A stretch of DNA of 64,000 bases from Rhodobacter sp. (GTDB lineage: Bacteria; Pseudomonadota; Alphaproteobacteria; Rhodobacterales; Rhodobacteraceae), in NCBI GenBank assembly GCA_020637515.1, contig JACKKG010000002.1:38715-102714 (forward strand). The letters run 5' to 3'. The stretch's first letter is position 1. Every line of letters begins with the position of its first letter. A model generated the notes under the pieces. That model had not been told where the DNA came from. It searched no databases and saw only the letters and a list, made by a program, of their open reading frames with translations. This document shows positions 10,149-19,140 of this stretch, piece by piece. Made by a program: the position numbers and the translations under genes.

Positions 10149-10841
10149 ATGTCGGACCCTTTTGCAAAAGCCCCGGGCATCACGTTGGTGGGAGGTGGCG
10201 CCTCCAGCGCCGAGGCCCTGACCCGCGCCCTCGCCCGCGCGCCCCGCCTGATCGCGGTGGATGGCGGCGCCGACGCCGCGCTGGCCATGGGACACCTGCC
10301 AGACCTGGCGACCGGCGATTTCGATTCGATCAGCCCCCGGGCCCGGGCCGCGCTGGGCCCCGACCGCCTGCGCCATACCCCCGATCAGGAGGAAACCGAC
10401 TTTGACAAGGCGCTGGCGTTTGTCGACGCGCCCTTTGCCCTGGCGGTCGGCTTTACCGGCGCGCGGCTGGACCACACGCTGGCGGCGATGAGCACACTTC
10501 TGCGCAACCCGTCGCGCCGCGTGATCCTGGACACCGGCCACGACCTGTGCCTGCTGTGCCCGCCCCGGCTGGCGCTGTCGCTGCCCCGGGGCACGCGGGT
10601 CTCGCTGTATCCGACGGCGCCGATGCGCTGCGACTCGGTGGGGTTGCGCTGGCCCACCTCGCCGCTGCATTTCGCCCCGGACGCCCGCATCGGCACCTCG
10701 AACGCGGCGACCGGCGGACCTGTGGTGCTGACCCCCGATGGCCCGTCGATGCTGCTGCTGCTGCCGGTCAGCGAACTGGACGAACTGCTGGCGGCGCTTG
10801 CCGGCGCGCCGCTCTGGCCAGATGCCGCTCACGCGCGATGA
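10149..10841 (+). CDS. Thiamine diphosphokinase
   Basis: 230 aa. GDFDS motif (ATGDFDSIS), GARLDHTL, and overall TPK-like layout. ATG 10149 checked. Confidence 0.8.
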   Translation: MSDPFAKAPGITLVGGGASSAEALTRALARAPRLIAVDGGADAALAMGHLPDLATGDFDSISPRARAALGPDRLRHTPDQEETDFDKALAFVDAPFALAVGFTGARLDHTLAAMSTLLRNPSRRVILDTGHDLCLLCPPRLALSLPRGTRVSLYPTAPMRCDSVGLRWPTSPLHFAPDARIGTSNAATGGPVVLTPDGPSMLLLLPVSELDELLAALAGAPLWPDAAHAR

Positions 10842-11721
10842 TGTAGAGCCCCGAGGCGACGATCACGACGATGCCCGCCCAGCTCATCGGATTGGGCCAG
10901 TCACCAAAGAACAGCCAGCCGAACAGTGCGGCGTTGACGATCTCCAGATAGTGCAGCGGGGCCAGCGTGGCCGAGGGCGCGTAGCGCAGCGCATAGGTGA
11001 TCGCGATATGCGACACCGTGGCCGCCAGCCCCAGCCCGGCAAGCTGCCCCCAGACAGCCAGGGGCGGATTGCTCAGTTGCAAAAGGGGCAGGTCGGCGCC
11101 GTGACCCAGGGCCAGCACCGGCACCATCAGCGCCATGCCCATCCAGGCGGTGTGGAACTGCATCGATTCAGGCGGGTGGTCGCGCGCGATGCGGCGGGTC
11201 AGCAGCATGTAGACGGCAAAGAACCCTGCGGTCGCCAGCGGATACAGCGCAATCGCGCCGAAGATCGCGAAATTGGGCTGGATCACCAGCAGCGCGCCCA
11301 GAAAGCCGATGACCGAGGCCAGGATCCGGCGCGGGCCAACCTGATCGCCGAACAGCAGAAAGCCCAGCGCCAGCAGGATGAAGGGTTCCACGAAGACGAT
11401 CGCCAGCGCGTCGGCGATCGGCATGACCTGAACCGCCCCGACAAAGGCATAGGTCGAACCGATCAGCATGAGCGCGCGCGCCATGAGCAGCCCCGCCGAT
11501 TTGGCCGACAGGCGCAGCGACTGGCGCATCACCGCCACCACCGGCGCCATCAACAGCGCCTGCACCACCATGCGGAAGAACGTCACCTGCGTGACGGTCA
11601 CCGACTGCGAGGCGAATTTCGCCGCCACGTCGATCAAGGGCGCAATGGCGCAAAAGGCCACCATCAGCACGATGCCCAATGGCACCCGGTCGGTGCTGGA
11701 AGGTGAGGCTGCAAGGGTCAT
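10768..11721 (-). CDS. DMT-superfamily (EamA-like) transporter
   Basis: 317 aa with about 10 hydrophobic helices and the two-EamA-repeat pattern. ATG 11721 checked. The 3' end overlaps the convergent thiamine diphosphokinase gene by 74 nt. Confidence 0.85.
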   Translation of the reverse strand: MTLAASPSSTDRVPLGIVLMVAFCAIAPLIDVAAKFASQSVTVTQVTFFRMVVQALLMAPVVAVMRQSLRLSAKSAGLLMARALMLIGSTYAFVGAVQVMPIADALAIVFVEPFILLALGFLLFGDQVGPRRILASVIGFLGALLVIQPNFAIFGAIALYPLATAGFFAVYMLLTRRIARDHPPESMQFHTAWMGMALMVPVLALGHGADLPLLQLSNPPLAVWGQLAGLGLAATVSHIAITYALRYAPSATLAPLHYLEIVNAALFGWLFFGDWPNPMSWAGIVVIVASGLYIIARERHLARAARRQAPPAVRPVR

Positions 11722-11962
11722 GACGCCGGACCTAAACTCCGGTTCGCGACGCGTCTACTCTGTCCGCGACCTGCCGCTCGCTTTCGCCCAAAAACCGCCG
11801 CGCGCCGGTCCGTGCCTGGGCTGGCACAGGGGGCCGCCGATCCAGGGCACCCGGCCATCCCGGCTGACAGGAAACCGATCTATCCCGCCGAGAAACCGCC
11901 GCAAGACCCGCACCGGCTGCGACAAATGCGATCACAGGCCGGTGTCTGACGTTCTTCGCCCC

Positions 11963-13336
11963 TCAGCAGTTGGGCACGTTCACCGCCAGCCCGCCCAGCG
12001 CGGTTTCCTTGTATTTCTCGCTCATGTCGGCGCCGGTCTGGCGCATCGCCTCGATGCAATTGTCGAGCGGCATGAAATGCTGCCCGTCGCCGCGCAACGC
12101 CAACGAGGCCGCACTGACGGCCTTGATCGCGCCCAGGCCGTTGCGCTCGATGCAGGGCACCTGCACCAGCCCCTTCACCGGGTCGCAGGTCATGCCCAGG
12201 TGATGCTCCAGCGCGATTTCGGCGGCGTTCTCGACCTGCTCGGGGGTGCCGCCCAGCACCGCGCAGAGCCCCGCCGCCGCCATCGCCGCGGCGCTGCCAA
12301 CCTCGGCCTGACAGCCGCATTCCGCCCCGCTGATCGAGGCGTTGTGCTTGATCAACCCGCCGATCGCCGCTGCGGTCAGCAGGAAGTCCTCGACCCGGTC
12401 GTGACTGGCGCCCGGCACATGGTCCAGCCAATAGCGGATGACCGCCGGCATCACCCCGGCAGCACCGTTTGTCGGCGCCGTGACCACCTGCCCGCCGGCC
12501 GCGTTCTCCTCGTTCACGGCCATCGCATAGGTGGACATCCAGTCGTTGATGACATGCGGTGCCGTCAGGTTCAGGCCCCGCTCGGCCAGCAGCGCATCGT
12601 GGATCGCCTTGGCACGGCGGCGCACCTTCAACCCGCCGGGCAGAATGCCCTCGCCGGCCAGGCCGCGCTCGATACAGGCGTTCATCACCGCCCAGATGCG
12701 GTGCAGCCCGGCCTTGAGCGCCGCCTCGTCGCGCAGGCTCAACTCGTTCGCGCGCTTCATCGCGGCGATCGACAGGCCCGAGGCGCGCGCCATGTCCAGC
12801 ATCGCCGCGGCGCTTTCGAACGGATAGCGCACCCTGGGGCCGGCCTGCGCCGCGGCACCGGCCGCGTGCTCGGCCTCGGTCACCACGAAACCGCCGCCGA
12901 TCGAGAAATAGGTCTCTTGCGCGATCACGTCGCCCTGTGCATCGGTCGCCATCAGGATCAGACCGTTCGCATGCCCGGCCAGCGCGGGGCCGTAATCGAA
13001 CTGAAGGTCCTTGTCGGGATCGAAGGCCAGAACCGGCAGATCGGGCGGCGTGACGGTCCGTGTCGCGCGGATCGCGGCGAGCGCGGTCTCGGCCCGGTCG
13101 GCGTCGTAGCTTTCGGGCTGAAAGCCGGCCAGACCCAGGATCACCGCCCGATCGGTTGCGTGCCCGACGCCGGTAAAGGCCAGCGAGCCATGCAGCGACG
13201 CCCGCAGACCGTGCACCCGAAAGGGCGACGCCCTGAGCCGGTCCAGGAAGCGCGCCGCCGCCACCATCGGCCCCATCGTATGCGACGACGACGGGCCGAT
13301 ACCGATCTTGAAAATATCGAAGACGGAGAGAAACAT
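11963..13336 (-). CDS. sdaA: L-serine ammonia-lyase (Fe-S dependent, single chain)
   Basis: [25 protein letters not shown]-terminus and ECGCQAEVG motif. ATG 13336 checked inside track ORF 11963..13363. Confidence 0.95.
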   Translation of the reverse strand: MFLSVFDIFKIGIGPSSSHTMGPMVAAARFLDRLRASPFRVHGLRASLHGSLAFTGVGHATDRAVILGLAGFQPESYDADRAETALAAIRATRTVTPPDLPVLAFDPDKDLQFDYGPALAGHANGLILMATDAQGDVIAQETYFSIGGGFVVTEAEHAAGAAAQAGPRVRYPFESAAAMLDMARASGLSIAAMKRANELSLRDEAALKAGLHRIWAVMNACIERGLAGEGILPGGLKVRRRAKAIHDALLAERGLNLTAPHVINDWMSTYAMAVNEENAAGGQVVTAPTNGAAGVMPAVIRYWLDHVPGASHDRVEDFLLTAAAIGGLIKHNASISGAECGCQAEVGSAAAMAAAGLCAVLGGTPEQVENAAEIALEHHLGMTCDPVKGLVQVPCIERNGLGAIKAVSAASLALRGDGQHFMPLDNCIEAMRQTGADMSEKYKETALGGLAVNVPNC

Positions 13337-13572
13337 GCAGATGCCCCGTTGGATTTTCTGCACCCTATCCGCCGACGGCCCGGCCCCCGCGACTGACAGC
13401 GACGCAAGGGACCCCGTTTGCGGCCAGACCCAGGGTCGGTCAGGGGGGCGCGGCCCCCTTGGTGGCGGGCCGCGAATGCCTGGCCCCGGGGTATGGGACG
13501 CCCAGGGACGGGGCCGATCGACGCCCTGTCAATCCGGCCCTTCTTTGTGCCGCAAATATCCTCCGGGAGGGT

Positions 13573-13597
13573 CCGGGAGGGTGGAAAACCCTCCCGG
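13573..13597 (-). terminator. Hairpin downstream of the aldehyde dehydrogenase gene
   Basis: CCGGGAGGG-tggaaaa-CCCTCCCGG, 15 nt after the stop at 13612. An extra upstream direct copy of ccgggagggt is present. There is no clear U-tract, so support is weak. Confidence 0.35.
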
Positions 13598-13611
13598 CGG
13601 GGTCCGCACGC

Positions 13612-15117
13612 TCAGACGTCGAAACGAACGCCCTGCGCCAGCGGCAGCGAGGCCGAGTGGTTGACGGTGTTCGTGGCGCGGCGCATGTAGCCCTTCCAGG
13701 CGTCCGAACCGCTCTCGCGACCGCCGCCGGTTTCCTTCTCGCCGCCGAACGCGCCGCCGATCTCGGCGCCCGAGGGGCCGATGTTGACGTTGGCGATCCC
13801 GCAATCCGAGCGTTGCAGGAAGTCCTCGGCCTCGCGCAGGTTCAACGTGAAGATGCACGACGACAGGCCCTGTGGCACGTCGTTTTGCAGCGCAAGGGCC
13901 TCGTCGAAGTCCTCGTAGCCCATGACATAGAGGATCGGCGCAAAGGTTTCCTCGCGCACCACCGCGGTCTGGCCGGGCATTTCGACGATGGCCGGTTCGA
14001 CATAGGCACCGCCCTGCGGCGCGCCCGAGGCCGCGCGGCCGCCGTGGACGATACCGCCATCCGCGCGCGCGCGGTCGAGCGCCGCCTGCATCCGCTCGTG
14101 CGAGGCGGCATCGACCAGCGGCCCGACCAGCGTCGTGGCCTTGCGCGGGTCGCCGATGGGCAGGCTGGCATAGGCGCGGATCAGCCGCTCCAGCAGCGCG
14201 TCGCGGATCGAATGGTGCACGATCAGGCGGCGCAACGAGGTGCAGCGCTGCCCGGCCGTGCCCACGGCTGAAAAGACGATCGCGCGCACCGCCATTTCCA
14301 GGTCCGCCGAGGGCGCGACAATCATGGCGTTGTTGCCGCCGAGTTCCAGGATCGACCGGCCGAAACGGCTGGCCACCGCCGGGCCGACGATGCGCCCCAT
14401 GCGGGTCGAGCCGGTGGCCGAGACCAGCGGCACCGCGGGCGCGGCGGTCAGCGCGGCGCCCAGATCGGCGCCGCCGATGACGACCTGCATCAGGCCCTCG
14501 GGGGCGTCGTCGCCAAAGCGCGCCACCGCGCGGGCAAAGATCGCCGCGCAGGCCAGCGCGGTCAGCGGCGTCTTTTCCGACGGTTTCCAGATCACGGGAT
14601 CGCCGCAGACCAGCGCCAGCGCGGCGTTCCACGACCACACCGCGACCGGAAAGTTGAACGCCGTGATGACCGCCGCCGGGCCCAGCGGGTGCCAGGTTTC
14701 GCGCATCACGTGGCCCGGCCGTTCCGAGGCGATGGTCAGCCCGTAGAGCTGGCGCGACAGGCCCACGGCAAAGTCGCAGATGTCGATCATCTCCTGCACT
14801 TCGCCCAGCCCTTCGGACACGATCTTGCCGGCCTCGAGCGTGACCAGCGCGCCCAGCGCCGCTTTTGCCGCGCGCAATTCTTCGCCCAGCAGGCGCACCA
14901 GCTCGCCGCGCCGGGGCGCGGGCACGCGGCGCCAGGCCTCGAAGGCGGCGGTGGCGCGGCCGATCACGGCGGGCATGTCGGCCAGCGGGGTTTCGGCGAT
15001 TCGGGCAATCTCGGCCCCGTCGATGGGGCTGTGCACCGCCAGGGTCCCGCCGGACAGCGTGGCGGCGTCGAAGCCGCAGGCGGCGAGGATCTCGGCGGCG
15101 GAAGGCAGGTCGGTCAT
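13612..15117 (-). CDS. ALDH7-type aldehyde dehydrogenase (alpha-aminoadipic/piperideine-6-carboxylate semialdehyde dehydrogenase-like)
   Basis: 501 aa from ATG 15117 (checked). Catalytic motifs LELGGNNA and GTAGQRCTSLRR are present. Overall resemblance to antiquitin/AmaB-type enzymes. Confidence 0.88.
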   Translation of the reverse strand: MTDLPSAAEILAACGFDAATLSGGTLAVHSPIDGAEIARIAETPLADMPAVIGRATAAFEAWRRVPAPRRGELVRLLGEELRAAKAALGALVTLEAGKIVSEGLGEVQEMIDICDFAVGLSRQLYGLTIASERPGHVMRETWHPLGPAAVITAFNFPVAVWSWNAALALVCGDPVIWKPSEKTPLTALACAAIFARAVARFGDDAPEGLMQVVIGGADLGAALTAAPAVPLVSATGSTRMGRIVGPAVASRFGRSILELGGNNAMIVAPSADLEMAVRAIVFSAVGTAGQRCTSLRRLIVHHSIRDALLERLIRAYASLPIGDPRKATTLVGPLVDAASHERMQAALDRARADGGIVHGGRAASGAPQGGAYVEPAIVEMPGQTAVVREETFAPILYVMGYEDFDEALALQNDVPQGLSSCIFTLNLREAEDFLQRSDCGIANVNIGPSGAEIGGAFGGEKETGGGRESGSDAWKGYMRRATNTVNHSASLPLAQGVRFDV

Positions 15118-15198
15118 GGGATACTCCGGTTCATTCGGCGCGCAGGATAGGGGGGATGCGCGGCGGACGAAAGGGGGGGGGCGTTGAACGCGAGGGCC

Positions 15199-15232
15199 GA
15201 AAACGAAAAGACCCCCGGTCGGGCCGGGGGTC
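15199..15232 (-). terminator. Intrinsic terminator of the corrinoid protein gene
   Basis: The minus strand reads GACCCCCGG-cccga-CCGGGGGTC followed by TTTTCGTTTTC. It lies 28 nt downstream of the stop at 15260. Confidence 0.75.
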
Positions 15233-15259
15233 CTGTTGCGTTCGGAGAATGGCCGCGAT

Positions 15260-15964
15260 TCAGGCCCGCGCGGCGCCCTGGTTGTGCTTGCGCGCGACCA
15301 GCATCTTTGCGGTTTCCACCGCGACCGCGGCATCGCGGCAATAGGCGTCGGCGCCAATGGCGCGGCCGAATTCCTCGTTCAGGGGGGCGCCGCCCACCAG
15401 CACGATGATGTCGTCGCGCCGGCCGGTTTCCTTGAGCGTGTCGATCACGACCTTCATGTAGGGCATGGTCGTGGTCAGCAGCGCCGACATGCCCAGGATA
15501 TCCGCGTCCTCGGCTTCCAGCGCATCGAGGTATTTTTCGACCGGGTTGTTGATACCCAGGTCCACCACCTCGAAGCCGGCGCCTTCCATCATCATGCCGA
15601 CAAGGTTCTTGCCGATGTCGTGGATGTCGCCCTTGACGGTGCCGATCACCATCTTGCCCATGCGCGGCGCGCCGGTTTCGGCCAGAAGCGGCTTGAGGAT
15701 CGCCATGCCCGCCTTCATGGCGTTGGCAGCAAGCAGCACTTCGGGCACGAACAGGATGCCGTCGCGAAAGTCGTGGCCGACGATCGTCATGCCGGCGACC
15801 AGGGCCTTGGTCAGCACGTCATAAGGGGTCCACTCGCGTCCCAGCAGGATGTTCACGCCTTCCTCGATCTCGTCCTTGAGACCGTCGTAAAGGTCGTCCA
15901 TCATCTGCGACACAAGTTCCTCGTCGTTCAGTTCGGACAGGATGATGTCGTCGTCGTCGGACAT
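15260..15964 (-). CDS. Cobalamin-binding corrinoid protein (MtbC/MttC-like methyltransferase cognate type)
   Basis: 234 aa. Helical cap domain plus B12-binding Rossmann domain, with GDIHDIGKN (DxHxxG), MSALLTTTM and VGGAPL motifs. ATG 15964 checked. Confidence 0.9.
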   Translation of the reverse strand: MSDDDDIILSELNDEELVSQMMDDLYDGLKDEIEEGVNILLGREWTPYDVLTKALVAGMTIVGHDFRDGILFVPEVLLAANAMKAGMAILKPLLAETGAPRMGKMVIGTVKGDIHDIGKNLVGMMMEGAGFEVVDLGINNPVEKYLDALEAEDADILGMSALLTTTMPYMKVVIDTLKETGRRDDIIVLVGGAPLNEEFGRAIGADAYCRDAAVAVETAKMLVARKHNQGAARA

Positions 15965-16095
15965 GGCGCGGTTCCCTGAAAAGCGTGTCTTGTTTCGTCA
16001 ATGCGGCAGATGCGCCAGTTTCACTGATCCATTCCCGACATGCGCCGGATGAAAGACGACCACAAGGTCTTGTTTGCGTCGCGGACTTGAAAAAT

Positions 16096-16110
16096 GTTCA
16101 TCATATGTTC
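16096..16110 (+). promoter_or_regulatory. Putative LexA (SOS) box, GTTC-N7-GTTC
   Basis: The sequence aaaatGTTCatcatatGTTCatcatt is an exact match to the alphaproteobacterial LexA direct-repeat operator. It lies inside a sigma70-like promoter (TTGAAA 16087-16092, ATCATT 16111-16116) just upstream of the radical SAM ATG at 16123. Confidence 0.6.
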
Positions 16111-16122
16111 ATCATTCGACTC

Positions 16123-17211
16123 ATGGTGACACCCCTGCCCCCCAAAGATCCGACGCTCCGTGCCCGCGCCCGTGGCACGACCGCGCAGCCGGCGCCACGC
16201 TTTGAGTCAGAGCGGCGCGAATGGGCGCATGACGGCTGGGACCTGCCCGAGGACGACCGCCTGGTGACGCGCGAGGTGGCGATCGAGCGGCCGCGCAGCG
16301 TGATTTCCTGGAATCAGTCGCCGGACCTGGGGTTCGACCGTGCCCTCAACCCCTATCGCGGTTGCGAACACGGGTGCATCTATTGCTATGCGCGCCCGTC
16401 GCACGCCTATCTGGGCCTTTCGCCGGGGCTGGATTTCGAAACCCGGCTGATCGCACGACCGGATGCGGCGCGGGTGCTCGAACGCGAACTGGCCAAGCCC
16501 GGCTACCGAGTCGCGCCGCTGGCGCTGGGATCGAACACCGATCCCTGGCAGCCCATCGAACAGCACCACCGGATCACCCGCAGCGTGCTCGAGGTGCTGC
16601 GCGACTGGCAGCATCCGGTGACGATCACCACGCGCGGCGCCCTGGTCGAGCGCGATCTCGATCTGCTGGCCGGGATGGCGGCCCGGGGGCTGGTCGAGGT
16701 CGGGGTCAGCGTGACCACGCTGGACCCGGGCCTGGCCCGCGCGATGGAGCCCCGCGCGCCCGCCCCGGCACGGCGGCTGGCGATCATCCGTGCGCTCAGC
16801 GACGCGGGGATCCCGGTGCGGCTGATGATGGGCCCTCTGGTGCCCGGTCTCAGCGACCACGAGGCCGAGGCGATCCTCGCCGCCGGGCGCGCGGCGGGCG
16901 CGCGCGTGGCCTGGTGGGCCTTTGTGCGCCTGCCCGGCGAGGTCGGCGCGCTGTTTCGCGACTGGCTCGAACGGGTGCGGCCCGGACAGGCGGCCAAGGT
17001 CATGAAGCTGGTGCGCGAAATGCGCGGCGGCCGGGACAACGACCCGGCGTTTCACAGCCGGTTCCGGGGCCAGGGCGCCTATGCCGACATGGTCGCGGCG
17101 CGCATCCGCGTGGCGCGCAAACGGCTGGCCTACGAGGCCGCGCTGCCGCCGCTCGATTGCAGCCAGTTCCGCAGGCCGCCGCGGGCCGGGGACCAGTTGA
17201 GCCTGTTCTGA
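16123..17211 (+). CDS. PA0069-family radical SAM protein (COG1533, SplB-like)
   Basis: CEHGCIYCYARP CxxxCxxC motif, with a conserved N-terminal RGTTAQPAPRFES segment typical of the family. Start chosen at ATG 16123 (MVTPLPP); an alternative ATG at 16105 would overlap the LexA box. Confidence 0.85.
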   Translation: MVTPLPPKDPTLRARARGTTAQPAPRFESERREWAHDGWDLPEDDRLVTREVAIERPRSVISWNQSPDLGFDRALNPYRGCEHGCIYCYARPSHAYLGLSPGLDFETRLIARPDAARVLERELAKPGYRVAPLALGSNTDPWQPIEQHHRITRSVLEVLRDWQHPVTITTRGALVERDLDLLAGMAARGLVEVGVSVTTLDPGLARAMEPRAPAPARRLAIIRALSDAGIPVRLMMGPLVPGLSDHEAEAILAAGRAAGARVAWWAFVRLPGEVGALFRDWLERVRPGQAAKVMKLVREMRGGRDNDPAFHSRFRGQGAYADMVAARIRVARKRLAYEAALPPLDCSQFRRPPRAGDQLSLF

Positions 17212-17259
17212 ACGACCGGACCAGGGCCCGCGCGAACGGGCCCCGGTGTCTGGCGGGGG

Positions 17260-17529
17260 TCAGCGGCAGCGCCGGGTGTAATACTGGCCGCGACCGTTGG
17301 AATAGGCGCATTCGCCGGTGCGGGCGTTGCGCGCGACCATGACGCCGGCGGCAGCGCCACCCAGCGCGGCGACGATGGTCCAGTTCGGATTGGCGTTGAA
17401 CGCGCTGGCCAGAAGCAGCCCGCCGGCCGCGCCGGCAAGACCGCCAACCGCGTCGCGTTCGTTCGCGGTCATCGTGCAGCCACCCAAAGCGGTGGACGCG
17501 ACGACCAGAGCAACGAGAACAAATTTCAT
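17260..17529 (-). CDS. Small lipoprotein with glycine-zipper (17-kDa surface antigen-like)
   Basis: 89 aa from ATG 17529 (checked), with GGAGG 7 nt upstream. MKFVLVALVVASTALGGC lipobox and GGLAGAAGGLL / ALGGAAAG glycine zippers. Confidence 0.8.
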   Translation of the reverse strand: MKFVLVALVVASTALGGCTMTANERDAVGGLAGAAGGLLLASAFNANPNWTIVAALGGAAAGVMVARNARTGECAYSNGRGQYYTRRCR

Positions 17530-17674
17530 GCAAACCTCCATGGGATGAGCCTGCTCGACATTACCCGCACAATCGGCGCCGCCTAGGGCCATCGCAACGG
17601 GTCGGCACAAACCCGCCGCAGGCGCGTGGCTCGTTCGGGGTTCGGGGGCGCAAGGGGGCGCAACGGGGTGGCGG

Positions 17675-18346
17675 TCAGTCCTCGAACAGTTCCGACTGGC
17701 CGTCGGGGGCGTCGGCGTCCTCGTCCGCGTCGTGCAATGGCGCGCCGGGCATTCCGCGGCTGTCCAGAAGGCCCGCTTCGCGCAGTTCCTTCAGCCCCGG
17801 CAGGTCGCGCGCGGTTTCCAGCCCGAAGTGATCGAGGAACGCATCCGTCACCACAAAGGTCAGCGGGCGGCCCGGGGTCAGGCGGCGACGGCCAAAGCGG
17901 ATCCAGCCCATCTCCATCAACTGGTCGATGGTCCCGCGCGACAGCGACACGCCGCGGATTTCCTCGATCTCGGCGCGGGTTACCGGGGCGTGATAGGCGA
18001 CGATTGCCAGCGTCTCGATCGCGGCGCGCGACAGGCGGCGGGTTTCGACCTGCTCGGTGCGCATCAGCCACCCCAGATCCGGCGCGGTGCGCATCGCCCA
18101 GCCGTCGCCGACGCGCACCAGATGCACCCCGCGCCCGGCATAGCGCGAGCGCAGATGCACCAACGCCTCGGCAACGTCGCAGCCCTCGGGCAGGCGTTTG
18201 GCGAGTTCCGCCGCCGAGACCGGCTCGGCCGAGGCAAAGAGTATCGCCTCGATCATGCGTTCCTGCTCGCCCATGGGCGGCACCGGGAACAGGCCCGGGG
18301 TGGCGTTCGGATCGCGGGCGACGGTGGGGTCGGTGTCGTCGGTCAT
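17675..18346 (-). CDS. scpB: Segregation and condensation protein B
   Basis: ERMIEAILFASAEPVS, RGVHLVRVGDGWAMRT and AAIETLAIVAYHAPVTRAEIEEIRGV segments. ATG 18346 forms an ATGA overlap with the scpA stop. Confidence 0.9.
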   Translation of the reverse strand: MTDDTDPTVARDPNATPGLFPVPPMGEQERMIEAILFASAEPVSAAELAKRLPEGCDVAEALVHLRSRYAGRGVHLVRVGDGWAMRTAPDLGWLMRTEQVETRRLSRAAIETLAIVAYHAPVTRAEIEEIRGVSLSRGTIDQLMEMGWIRFGRRRLTPGRPLTFVVTDAFLDHFGLETARDLPGLKELREAGLLDSRGMPGAPLHDADEDADAPDGQSELFED

Positions 18347-19134
18347 CGGGCCTCGTTCGGGCGCAGGCGCAGGCGGATCGGCGCAAAGGTTTCCGACTGG
18401 CGGAGGTCCAGTTGCCCCTGTTTCGCCAGTTCGAGGGACGCGGCAAAGGTCGAGGCCAGCGCCGAGCGCCGCCGCGCGCCGGCCGCGCGCCACCCGGGCG
18501 GCAGGAAACCGGCCAGGTCGGACCAGTCCACCGCGTGGCCGATCATGCCCCTGAGCCGCTCGAGCGCGGTTTCGAGCGGATAGATATCCGTCCGGTCAAA
18601 GGCATAGGGGCGGAATTCGTCCTTGGTGCGGATGCGCGCATAGGCCTGGATCAGGTCCAGCAAGCTCGCCGTATGCTGGGTGCGCTTTTCGATGGCCTGG
18701 GTTTCGGGCGCGCCGCGGGCAAAGAATTCGCGCCCCAGCCGGTCGCGCCCCATGAGCCGCCCCGCCGCCTCGCGCATGGCCTCGAGCCGCTCAAGCTGGA
18801 ACGCCAGATGGGCGGCCAGATCCTCGGCCGAGGGGCCCTCTTCGCCGGGGTCGGGCGGCAGCAACAGGCGCGATTTCAGGAACGCCAGCCAGGCCGCCAT
18901 CACCAGGTAATCCGCCGCCAGCTCGATCCTGAGGGCGCGCGCGGCCTCGACAAAACGCAGGTATTGTTCCGACAGTTGCAGCACCGAAATGCGCCTGAGG
19001 TCCACCTTCTGGCGCCGCGACAGCGTGAGCAGCAGGTCAAGCGGCCCCTCGAACCCGTCCACATCGACGATCAGCGCCTCGTCCTCGAGACGGGCGGCGA
19101 CGCTGGATTCGGCGCCTTCCTCGAACTCGGACAT
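18343..19134 (-). CDS. scpA: Segregation and condensation protein A
   Basis: 263 aa. VDVDGFEGPLDLLLTLSRRQKVDLRRISVLQLSEQY is typical of ScpA. Confidence 0.9.
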   Translation of the reverse strand: MSEFEEGAESSVAARLEDEALIVDVDGFEGPLDLLLTLSRRQKVDLRRISVLQLSEQYLRFVEAARALRIELAADYLVMAAWLAFLKSRLLLPPDPGEEGPSAEDLAAHLAFQLERLEAMREAAGRLMGRDRLGREFFARGAPETQAIEKRTQHTASLLDLIQAYARIRTKDEFRPYAFDRTDIYPLETALERLRGMIGHAVDWSDLAGFLPPGWRAAGARRRSALASTFAASLELAKQGQLDLRQSETFAPIRLRLRPNEAR

Positions 19135-19140
19135 GGGGCG

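Noticed and set aside
11722-11962. 240-bp GC-rich intergenic region upstream of the DMT transporter and next to the thiamine kinase. It was checked for a TPP or other riboswitch. The 275-bp region at 13337-13611 upstream of sdaA was checked in the same way.
   Set aside because: I could not find the conserved cores of TPP (CUGAGA...ACCUGAUCUGGAUAAUGCCAGCG), glycine, SAM-II or cobalamin riboswitches. Only generic GC hairpins are present. An Rfam scan would be needed to exclude other families.
17644-17663. Tandem GGGGGCGCAA x2 downstream of scpB. The same 11-mer, GGGGGCGCAAC, also occurs in the phaA-phaB hairpin at 39033.
   Set aside because: It is a short, low-complexity G-rich string. Two occurrences are insufficient to call a repeat family (REP-like element).
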